DNA from: a virus
Lineage: Duplodnaviria > Caudoviricetes
Reading direction: 5' to 3' (one strand)
Length of the DNA: 39,642 nt
Virus record (IMG/VR): IMGVR_UViG_3300017648_000009
Coordinates: 1 to 39,642 of that record
The first letter of the stretch is position 1. Each line of letters opens with the position of its first letter. Shown one piece after another: positions 27,233 to 34,472 of this stretch. Both the position numbers and the translations under genes were made by a program. The notes beneath the pieces are model-generated. The model was not told the origin of the DNA, did no database searches, and saw only the letters and a list, made by a program, of their open reading frames with translations.

Positions 27233-28789
27233 TCACCCCTCACAACCCCAGCCGTCCTTGTTGCCATCGAGTCGATGCGGGTCAGGATTCGGCACGTTCC
27301 ACAACACACGGATTGGCTTCTGTGACGCTGAGAAGTCCGAGCAGTTGAGATCCGGCGGTGGCGGCGGGATGCAGAAGTTCGGGTAGCTCGGATGGCACGC
27401 GCTCGACGGTGGTTTCGTCGGTGTCGCAGTGGGCTGCGCCGGCTGTGTTGGCGTCGCCGTTGGTTGTGCTGGCGGCTGCGTCGGCGTCGCATTGCATCCT
27501 GCCCACAATCCACGGCCGGCCGCCTGAGCCTCATTCTGCGCCGCTGCTAACTGCTGCGAGTGCGCGACGTCCGGCGGATAGGTACTGGCATAGGCGTAGC
27601 CGTTGCGCACAAGCCAGTCGTTCACAAAGAGGTCGCCAACGTAGACGTAGCGGAGTAGCCGGTCGTACCGGTCGGTGTTTGAGACGTCCTTCACCAGCCG
27701 GACTACTTTGCCCTCGATGAGCTGCTTGGTCGCGGCCGATGCCTCCGGCCCGTAGCAATCGACGCCGCCGTACACCTCGGGTGTGTCGATGCCGATCAGT
27801 CGGACGCGGTACACGGTCCCGTTAAGGTCAACATCGAACGTGTCGCCATCGACAACGCGCGTCACAACACCGTGCTCGCCGACCGGTGCAGGCTCGGCAC
27901 CGGCATAGCGCCAGTCAAAGTAGTGCAGCCCGACGTTGCCAGCCTCGACCTGCCAGCCGACCGGGTTGCTCGATGTGTAGGTGAGGCACCGGCGCTCGAA
28001 GCACTGCCACAGAACATCCTTCTGTGCCCCGGCTACTTTCACAGTCAGCCAGTACGCCTCGGTGATCGGGAAGCCGGTTGCGTAGAACGGATTCGGGAAG
28101 AGCTTGTCAACGGCGCTGGAATCGCCCTGGCGGATCAAGCCCTCGGAGTTCATGAAGTCCCAGAAAACCGATGCCACGGTGTGATTCGTCTCAGGGACGT
28201 AGTACGCCGCCGTGACGCCGCTGCCGTGGTACGGATCGCCCATGCTCTCGTGACCAGCGCGAGTGATGTACCCCCAGATTAATTCGCCCACGGCGCGCGC
28301 CGGCCGGTTTCGCAAGTCGAACGTGGCGATGTCCGCGTAGGTGATGCTGGGGATCTGGGGCAGGATCTGGCCGTCAGTGTCACCTGCGACAGGAATTGCT
28401 GGCGGGTCGATCGTTTCGCCGTATTGACTATCGCCGATCTGGACCTGTCCACTGACCATCTCGGAGACCAGCAGGCCGTTGGTGACGTACCACAGGCCGT
28501 CATCGACCGCATCAGGATGCGTGATTTCCATGCGGGACTTGTCGAAGTATTGAACGGTGCGATTCTGGCCGGGCGACTGTGCGTACGGTTCGGGGATGGC
28601 GTCGGTAAACGCTTCCGGTCCCCACATCCATGTACGCGAGATTGCACCAGCTGCGACCGGCTGATCTGTCCGCGCCCACGTTCTCTGGAACGCATCGTTG
28701 GCTATTGGTGTTGCGGTGACACCAGGGATCGCTAGAGTCCCCAGCACGAGGCTGAGGAGCACGACGAGACGCATAGTCCGGCTGCGCAT
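27233..28789 (-). CDS. Secreted thermonuclease (SNase) with Chloroflexi-type surface domain and Excalibur-like C-terminus
   Basis: Signal peptide; VQYFDKSRME, GFPITEA, QCFERR; VVDGDT, IDTPE, DRYDRLLRY; CHPSYP..DLNCSDF..LDGNKDGWGCE. Confidence 0.9.
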   Translation of the reverse strand: MRSRTMRLVVLLSLVLGTLAIPGVTATPIANDAFQRTWARTDQPVAAGAISRTWMWGPEAFTDAIPEPYAQSPGQNRTVQYFDKSRMEITHPDAVDDGLWYVTNGLLVSEMVSGQVQIGDSQYGETIDPPAIPVAGDTDGQILPQIPSITYADIATFDLRNRPARAVGELIWGYITRAGHESMGDPYHGSGVTAAYYVPETNHTVASVFWDFMNSEGLIRQGDSSAVDKLFPNPFYATGFPITEAYWLTVKVAGAQKDVLWQCFERRCLTYTSSNPVGWQVEAGNVGLHYFDWRYAGAEPAPVGEHGVVTRVVDGDTFDVDLNGTVYRVRLIGIDTPEVYGGVDCYGPEASAATKQLIEGKVVRLVKDVSNTDRYDRLLRYVYVGDLFVNDWLVRNGYAYASTYPPDVAHSQQLAAAQNEAQAAGRGLWAGCNATPTQPPAQPTATPTQPAQPTATPTKPPSSACHPSYPNFCIPPPPPDLNCSDFSASQKPIRVLWNVPNPDPHRLDGNKDGWGCEG

Positions 28790-28945
28790 CGCCTACCTCC
28801 GAGTCATGAAATGAGTATTGGCGATACGGTACTACGACCGCCTAAGAGGCGCAAGTGTTTCTCCGCACGAATCGTTTCGCATATACTGCACCAGTCCACG
28901 CACCTCAGCTGGACAGCCTGTCTGCGTCTCCGTGCAGTCAGGCAC

Positions 28946-28980
28946 GAGGGCCGGTTGTGCACGGCTGGCCCTCTCTATTT
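28946..28980 (+). terminator. Hairpin/terminator insulating the SOS promoter
   Basis: GAGGGCCGGTTG-TGCA-CGGCTGGCCCTC followed by TCTATTT. Confidence 0.55.
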
Positions 28981-28984
28981 CCTC

Positions 28985-29013
28985 TTGACGATCCAGAACA
29001 CATGTTCTATTCT
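28985..29013 (+). promoter_or_regulatory. Sigma70 promoter with LexA (SOS) box in the spacer
   Basis: TTGACG(28985-28990)-17 nt-TATTCT(29008-29013); AGAAC-ACAT-GTTCT at 28995-29008. Confidence 0.8.
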
Positions 29014-29118
29014 CGAACCACACCGCCTCAGATCGAGCGGGGGACCGGCCTCCAGGACTGTCGTCGGGGCAGTGATGGAGGCCGGATCTATTTCCGGCTC
29101 TCTGAGGAGGCTCCCGCT

Positions 29119-29391
29119 ATGCAGATCCCCGATGGTATTGAGGTGACGTCCACCGAACAGATCTCAGATCAGTTGCAGCGGATCCGTGTGCGAGCTGGCG
29201 GTCGTCGCTGGACGATCATTGTGAAGGCATACGAGGGTGTCAGTGCATCGTCTGCAGGCGGTCGTGCGTGGATCTCGCCAGATGGAACCGGCATGACTGT
29301 CGATCGGGCCATTCAGGCGGCGATGCAGAGTGTGTTGGCGATCGAAGCGGAGCGATCGCGATTGGCACGAAACTCAGAGTCCTTGGCTTAG
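29119..29391 (+). CDS. SOS-controlled small protein (candidate antirepressor/inducer)
   Basis: GAGGAGG SD, 90 aa, lone + strand gene downstream of the LexA-box promoter. Confidence 0.7.
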   Translation: MQIPDGIEVTSTEQISDQLQRIRVRAGGRRWTIIVKAYEGVSASSAGGRAWISPDGTGMTVDRAIQAAMQSVLAIEAERSRLARNSESLA

Positions 29392-30167
29392 TTGCAGATC
29401 ATTCTCTCGGACTCACGCTTGATACCCACTTGCCTGGCAACGTCAACTAGTGACACGTCTACAAGCAGCCGCGGAGAGCCTTCATGGTTTGCAAACGCAA
29501 ACCCCGAGAACTCTGGCCTGGTAGTGAGTTCTTCGATTGGTCCTCGTGCGACGCTTTCCTTGTAGTCGCGAATCCCATCTCGAATGTATTCGTGAAGTAG
29601 GTAGCGGTGAGCCAATATCCAAACGTAAAGACCACCCGGGGTATGAAGTCGCTTGACTGTCTCTTGACTCTCATCTTGGGGCATCACGCATGCTAGCTCA
29701 TCAGCAGTTATCGTTATGTGGAACGCGGTTGTATCTGCGCCATCAGCCATGGGCGGCTCATACCAGTGTAGATTTGGAGTCCCTGTTCCCAAGTCGCCAC
29801 GAGGCGCAAGTTCGCTGTCAGGAACAATGACTGACAAAGTCCACTCGTGGCTGCTCTGTGATAGATCCACAACTGGCCAGGTGTCAATACAGCGCCCATT
29901 GTCAGGATCAAGCACTCTAGGATGGGCTGCTGCGAATTCCTTCGTCCATTGGTAATACCAAGCGTTCGCGTGCCGACTAGCCTTTTGGACCCCACCAAAC
30001 ACACCGTGCATGATGTAAAGGTCTTGCTTGTGGGTCTTGATCTTCCAGATCGCGGACCGAACCTCGGGAGTGCCGACGGCAAACTTGTACTCTGATTTGC
30101 TGGATGACGGCAAGTGCGAACTCCACTGTCCATCTTCTTGTACTGAGGTGCCAATCGATTCTCTCAT
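29388..30167 (-). CDS. Hypothetical protein coupled to integrase
   Basis: 259 aa, lower GC, ATGA overlap with int stop. Confidence 0.65.
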   Translation of the reverse strand: MRESIGTSVQEDGQWSSHLPSSSKSEYKFAVGTPEVRSAIWKIKTHKQDLYIMHGVFGGVQKASRHANAWYYQWTKEFAAAHPRVLDPDNGRCIDTWPVVDLSQSSHEWTLSVIVPDSELAPRGDLGTGTPNLHWYEPPMADGADTTAFHITITADELACVMPQDESQETVKRLHTPGGLYVWILAHRYLLHEYIRDGIRDYKESVARGPIEELTTRPEFSGFAFANHEGSPRLLVDVSLVDVARQVGIKRESERMICN

Positions 30168-31153
30168 AAGTTCAGCTTCAGATGATCCAGAGCCGAATGC
30201 TCGCGTGCGGCTCTTACGAGATCAGCCTCGACGAGCTTCACGTACCGACGCGTCATCTCTAACGAGGTATGCCCGAGCATCATCTGAAGCTCGAACTCTC
30301 GCATGCCGGCGCGGATCGCTGATACTGCGGCTGTATGGCGGAACCGATGGGGGTGGCACGGATCCACGACGGCTGTCTCTCCAAGCAACCTGATGACCCG
30401 TTGCAGTCCCGAGCGCGTCAGTGACGTCCCTCGATAGCCAATGAAGAGTCCGCCAACCTCACCGCGAAACTGACGGTAGCGGAGCCAGTAGCGCCGCACC
30501 TGGCGACGTGCACGCGATCCGAGACGCAACTGCCGCGCTTTGTTCCCTTTGCCGGCAATTACCAGAAGATCACCCGTTGCGATGTCGTAGTGCGATACCT
30601 CGATCGCGCATAGTTCTGATGCTCGCAACCCCACGTCCAAGAGAACCGCAACGATGGCGCGATCGCGCTCCGCCCGGAAATCATCCGGTGCACTCCGGAG
30701 CGTCGCCGCCAGTCGTGCGAGCTCATCGTCATCAAACGGATCCGGCTGTTCGGCTGAGAACTTGGGAGCGCGCACCTTTGACATCGGCGTCTCGTCGAGA
30801 TACTCCTGCTCCACGAGCCAGTTGTAGAACCGCGACAGGATCCGATGGTACGCATGGCGTGACCGAGCGGTCACGGGTTGATGCGACGGCGTGTGAGTAG
30901 ACGGCGCATCCCACCTATCAGTTGTCGTCTGCAGATAGAGGAGAAACGCCCGAATCGTCGATGCAGTGTGGTCCGCCACATCGAGCGGCATCGATTCCTG
31001 TGAACACCACCAATGGTAGCGACGGAGCGCACGTTCGTAGTTGTAAATCGTTCGTGGCGACAGCTCTGCGAGCTGACAATCGTCGATAAACGCAGCGATC
31101 AACGTCGCGAGTTCATCGCGCGAAACGATGCGAAGAATGGGGACTGATGTCAC
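30164..31153 (-). CDS. int: Tyrosine integrase (XerC-like size, no obvious arm-binding domain)
   Basis: GLRASEL, GKGNK, HPHRFRHT, LGHTSLEMTRRY; GGAGGG SD 8 nt before GTG. Confidence 0.95.
   Translation of the reverse strand: MTSVPILRIVSRDELATLIAAFIDDCQLAELSPRTIYNYERALRRYHWWCSQESMPLDVADHTASTIRAFLLYLQTTTDRWDAPSTHTPSHQPVTARSRHAYHRILSRFYNWLVEQEYLDETPMSKVRAPKFSAEQPDPFDDDELARLAATLRSAPDDFRAERDRAIVAVLLDVGLRASELCAIEVSHYDIATGDLLVIAGKGNKARQLRLGSRARRQVRRYWLRYRQFRGEVGGLFIGYRGTSLTRSGLQRVIRLLGETAVVDPCHPHRFRHTAAVSAIRAGMREFELQMMLGHTSLEMTRRYVKLVEADLVRAAREHSALDHLKLNL
31132..31153 (+). repeat. 22-bp direct repeat copy 1 flanking attP (overlaps int start)
   Basis: GAAGAATGGGGACTGATGTCAC; 20/22 identical to 31362-31383. 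Confidence 0.8.
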
Positions 31154-31160
31154 TTTTCGA

Positions 31161-31181
31161 GCCCTCCTGGCGCTGGAGGGC
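31161..31181 (-). promoter_or_regulatory. Hairpin sequestering the int Shine-Dalgarno sequence
   Basis: mRNA GCCCUCC-AGCGCCA-GGAGGGC then UCGAAAA-GUG. Confidence 0.7.
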
Positions 31182-31232
31182 GGCAGTTCGACGCGCGTTT
31201 TCCGCGTCTGGATGCGGATTCTGTTGGTCTAG

Positions 31233-31274
31233 AGCCCTTGTCGGGATTCGAACCCGAGACCTCTTTCTTACCAA
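31233..31274 (-). other. attP core = 3' half of tRNA-Thr(GGT)
   Basis: Minus strand TTGGTAA-GAAAG-AGGTC-TCGGG-TTCGAAT-CCCGA-CAAGGGC-T: anticodon loop to discriminator, 5' half absent; ~80 nt upstream of int. Confidence 0.88.
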
Positions 31275-31361
31275 CTAAGGTGATTCGCCGACCTGCCGCG
31301 CTCTTCCGTTTCCCTATCTACAAGCCAAATCGCTACCTCGTGCGACCCTTCTTTCCAGCAA

Positions 31362-31383
31362 GAAGAATGAGGAGTGATGTCAC
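31362..31383 (+). repeat. 22-bp direct repeat copy 2 flanking attP
   Basis: GAAGAATGAGGAGTGATGTCAC. Confidence 0.8.
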
Positions 31384-31423
31384 ATCCCATCCTGCCCTGG
31401 TCTTTGCCGTCGACACGGAACTG

Positions 31424-32668
31424 TCATCTCTTGGCCGCTCGATACCCGGCGGCTTCGGCGTCCGCGCCGGTTGCGAAGCACTCCTCGGGGATCGTCTTGT
31501 TGTATGCCTGCTGTCCGGGCCGGTGATAGATCCACTCGCCGCTGCTGCTGTGATTGCCCTTGATCGGGTGGCCGTCCGGGCAGGACGATCCCTGCGGCGG
31601 GGCGCTGCCACCACCAGTCGCAGGTGGTGGTTCCGGCGCGACCTGGACCGGCTCTGGCGTCGGTGTAGGCGGCGTCACCGGCACGCCGAAGTCACCGCAA
31701 GATCCCCACAGGCCGCGACCTGTGTCGCGTGCCTCACGCTGTGCGTTCAGGAACATATCAACATACCGGACATCAGGAGGGAACGTGGCGACCTGGGCGT
31801 ATCCGCCGGCGATCAGCTCGAAGTTCAATATCCTCGTGCCGCCATCGTCCTGGACGAGCCACACGTAACGCAGCAGTCGGTCGTAACGATCTCGTTCTGA
31901 GACATCCTTCTCCAGATAGACGACACCACCAGCTCGCCGAATCATGTCCTCAGTGAACGCCGTGGCCTCAGCGCCGTAGCACATGACCGGCGAGTTCGGA
32001 TCCTTCGTCTCGGGTGTGTCCACGAGGATCAATCGGACGCTCTCCGTCACACCGTTGTAGTTCACCTTGATCGTGTCGCCGTCAACGACAGAGACGACAT
32101 CGAAGCGCTCTCCAGGTGGGCCAGTCGGTTCAGGCGTCTCTGTAGCCGGCACTTCCGTTGGCGGAGGCTCAGTCGCCGGAATCTCTGTCGGCGGGACATC
32201 GGTCGGAGCGGGCTGAGCGGCCACCAGTGGCGCGACGGCTGTCGTGTTCGATGATGACGTTGCAGTTGCTGCTGGGCGGCTTGTAGGCGCAGTTGGTACT
32301 GCTGTGGCGGTCGGTGCCGATACGGCTTGCTGCGCTGGTTGAGCGCGCCGCGGTGGTGGATTGCTGTCGCCGCCTCCGTATATCGACTGAGCAGAGATCG
32401 CTGAGATCGGCACGAACAGAATCGCGAGAATGAGCGCGAACCGCATTGGCGTCGCGGTCATGAACCGAGGCGCGCGCCGGAATGCGCGAGACGACATGAG
32501 ACGAGTCACCCACTCTGGGCGCTTCCGAGCCGCCACGACCAACGCGATGAGAGCAGGAATCAGGACGGGCGCAAGCAAGCCTGACAAGTAGATCGCCGCA
32601 ACAACTCCAACCAGCCAGAGCGTCGCAATTACCAGAATACGGACCAAGCTGCGCCTCCACTCCAGCAC
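31424..32668 (-). CDS. Membrane-anchored thermonuclease (SNase) with C-terminal IKGN..YH..GYR domain
   Basis: N-terminal TM helices, Pro/Thr linker, VVDGDT, VDTPE, DRYDRLLRY; CPDGHPIKGN..IYHRPG..ECF..AEAAGYRA. Confidence 0.88.
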   Translation of the reverse strand: MLEWRRSLVRILVIATLWLVGVVAAIYLSGLLAPVLIPALIALVVAARKRPEWVTRLMSSRAFRRAPRFMTATPMRFALILAILFVPISAISAQSIYGGGDSNPPPRRAQPAQQAVSAPTATAVPTAPTSRPAATATSSSNTTAVAPLVAAQPAPTDVPPTEIPATEPPPTEVPATETPEPTGPPGERFDVVSVVDGDTIKVNYNGVTESVRLILVDTPETKDPNSPVMCYGAEATAFTEDMIRRAGGVVYLEKDVSERDRYDRLLRYVWLVQDDGGTRILNFELIAGGYAQVATFPPDVRYVDMFLNAQREARDTGRGLWGSCGDFGVPVTPPTPTPEPVQVAPEPPPATGGGSAPPQGSSCPDGHPIKGNHSSSGEWIYHRPGQQAYNKTIPEECFATGADAEAAGYRAAKR

Positions 32669-32723
32669 CTAGAAGGGAATTCTCTGCGTTCGCCTACCGA
32701 TGTCCCTCAGATCAGGAACTGAT

Positions 32724-33245
32724 CTACTGAAGCTTGGACATCTCATCGAAGAACCGGTCCAACATCTCTGAGTACTCATCGAAAAGAGCTTGAACCTCCG
32801 AGTCTGGCTTGTCAGCGAGGAACGCAATGAATCCGTTAATTGCAGCGTCCATCGCGCCCACCATGGCGTCTTTAGCTGGGACTGCGCATTCGGGCCAGTC
32901 AGCGTTCTGAATGTCTCTCCGGATCTCTTGGAGGCTCGCGATCTGTGACGCCAGCTGCATCCTCGGCGTGCTGTTTGCGAGATCGGCCGCGTCATCCCAG
33001 CGCTGGCCTTCTGTTCGCAAGAGGTCGTAGACCTTATTGCCGTCCTTTGTCGAGCATGCTGGTTCTGGAGTAGCAGTAGGTGTCGGTGCCGGAGTTGATG
33101 TCGGTTTGGGCGTTGCCGTTGGCAGTGGAGTTGGCGACGGCGTCGCGGTGAATTCTGGCGTGACAGTTGCTGCGTCACCAGCAGCACCCCCGCACCCGGC
33201 TACGACAACGCCTAACAGTGCCAGAATGATCACGATCCGCAACAT
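32724..33245 (-). CDS. Lipoprotein (immunity region; superinfection-exclusion candidate)
   Basis: LLGVVVAG-C lipobox, PT-rich linker, helical C-terminal domain; GGAGG SD. Confidence 0.8.
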   Translation of the reverse strand: MLRIVIILALLGVVVAGCGGAAGDAATVTPEFTATPSPTPLPTATPKPTSTPAPTPTATPEPACSTKDGNKVYDLLRTEGQRWDDAADLANSTPRMQLASQIASLQEIRRDIQNADWPECAVPAKDAMVGAMDAAINGFIAFLADKPDSEVQALFDEYSEMLDRFFDEMSKLQ

Positions 33246-33380
33246 TCCGAAGCCTCCTGCCTCCTAAATCGAAATCATTGTGTCTGCCCTACACTCGCTC
33301 TGCCGGTCACCCGTAATGCTGATCTTTGGCGTTTACCTCTTCACCACTACCGGACTATTCGGGATAGACAATCTGCTGGC

Positions 33381-33752
33381 CTAAAAAAGAGAGTCATGAC
33401 TGTCCCAGACGGGAAACAGCCGTGCGAAATCGGACGTGCGCTTCTCCGTCTTGCGCTCCACGAGGTACCCCCACGGAACCTTGCTCCAATAGAGACTATT
33501 GAACGGGAACGCGATGATGTGACCGATCTCGTGCCACGCGCGCCGGGCGAGAATCGTTCCGACTCGCAGATCGCGGAGGAAGACGATTCGGTCCAGGTGG
33601 AAAGCTGCCGGTGCGTCAGTGCGCTCATGGACGATGATCGTGATGTCCCAGTCAGCGGCGAATCGTTCGTATTCATTCCATCTGTACGTGCCATAGAAGA
33701 GCCGAAACCGCTGCACCATCTCTGGAACAACCCACTGCCCCTCAATCATCAC
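33381..33752 (-). CDS. ImmA/IrrE-family metallopeptidase
   Basis: AWHEIGH (HExxH), E..TSDFA; coupled downstream of the repressor. Confidence 0.8.
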   Translation of the reverse strand: MMIEGQWVVPEMVQRFRLFYGTYRWNEYERFAADWDITIIVHERTDAPAAFHLDRIVFLRDLRVGTILARRAWHEIGHIIAFPFNSLYWSKVPWGYLVERKTEKRTSDFARLFPVWDSHDSLF

Positions 33753-34114
33753 TCGCCTTTCGATTCCTCCATGCCCAGAAACTGCTTCGCCATCTCAATC
33801 ATCGCTCGCTTCTGAGCTGACGTCAGACGGTGTTGATTGATCGCTGCGAACGATATCAATGGGTCGGACAGATCGATCGGAACATCTGGCACGGTCTCAT
33901 ACCCTGCCAGTTCCAGAACGTAGTTGGGGTGTACATCGAAGAGCCTTGCGATGCGGATGGCACTGTCCCGGCTGGGCCGATCTTTGCCATTCATCCATCT
34001 GCTGACCTGCGCAGGGTCAATTCCGACTGCACGGGCGAAATCCGCGCGAGTCCATTCATGAACCCGCAGCTGCTCCCACAACCACGCTCTCAATGATTCA
34101 TTGCGTGCGCTCAT
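33749..34114 (-). CDS. XRE-family immunity repressor (ImmR-like, no S24 peptidase)
   Basis: WTRADFARAVGIDPAQVSRWMNGKDRPS HTH; divergent from the cro-like gene; start ATG 34114. Confidence 0.9.
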   Translation of the reverse strand: MSARNESLRAWLWEQLRVHEWTRADFARAVGIDPAQVSRWMNGKDRPSRDSAIRIARLFDVHPNYVLELAGYETVPDVPIDLSDPLISFAAINQHRLTSAQKRAMIEMAKQFLGMEESKGE

Positions 34115-34126
34115 GCGGCCATGATA
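34115..34126 (-). promoter_or_regulatory. -10 element for a leaderless repressor mRNA
   Basis: Minus strand TATCAT-GGCCGC-ATG; no SD. Confidence 0.6.
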
Positions 34127-34146
34127 GCGGGGTTTGCACAGATGTG

Positions 34147-34175
34147 TTGACAATGTGGAGCATCCTCCATATAAT
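34147..34175 (+). promoter_or_regulatory. Early lytic promoter (PR-like), perfect consensus
   Basis: TTGACA-17 nt-TATAAT. Confidence 0.92.
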
Positions 34176-34192
34176 GTTGAGTATGGTCAACA
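34154..34192. promoter_or_regulatory. Two repressor operators
   Basis: TGTGGA-N6-TCCATA (34154-34171) and perfect TGTTGA-N6-TCAACA (34175-34192). Confidence 0.7.
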
Positions 34193-34202
34193 AGGAGTCA
34201 CG

Positions 34203-34472
34203 ATGAAGAAGCCAGTCCAAACCCGAATCTTTGATGTCTTGGCCAGCCGCGGGCAGTCGGTAATGTGGTTCGCGTCGCAGATGGGCATTGAGCGCAGCCG
34301 CCTCTATCGCATCGAGTGGGGAGAGCGGCCGATGCCAGATGACTACCTGGATCGTGCAGCCCGTGTGCTCCAGCTGCCGCGCGAGATGTTGATTTTTTTG
34401 CCCTCGGAATTGCGCACACTCCACGATTCGAAGCGAGAGCGCAATAACTGCCATACGCGGGTGCCAGCATGA
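34203..34472 (+). CDS. Cro-like HTH protein
   Basis: SVMWFASQMGIERSRLYRIEWGERP; AAGGAG SD; first gene after PR. Confidence 0.85.
   Translation: MKKPVQTRIFDVLASRGQSVMWFASQMGIERSRLYRIEWGERPMPDDYLDRAARVLQLPREMLIFLPSELRTLHDSKRERNNCHTRVPA

Noticed and set aside
28855-29118. Longer 178-aa version of the SOS gene
   Set aside because: It would span the terminator and promoter; the SD supports ATG 29119
31154-31228. N-terminal extension of integrase through the leader
   Set aside because: The frame is open up to a TAG at 31229-31231 but has no ATG/GTG/TTG start; the SD supports GTG 31153
31233-31310. Complete tRNA-Thr gene
   Set aside because: Only the 3' half is present; no 5' anticodon stem, D arm or 5' acceptor strand, so it is called attP
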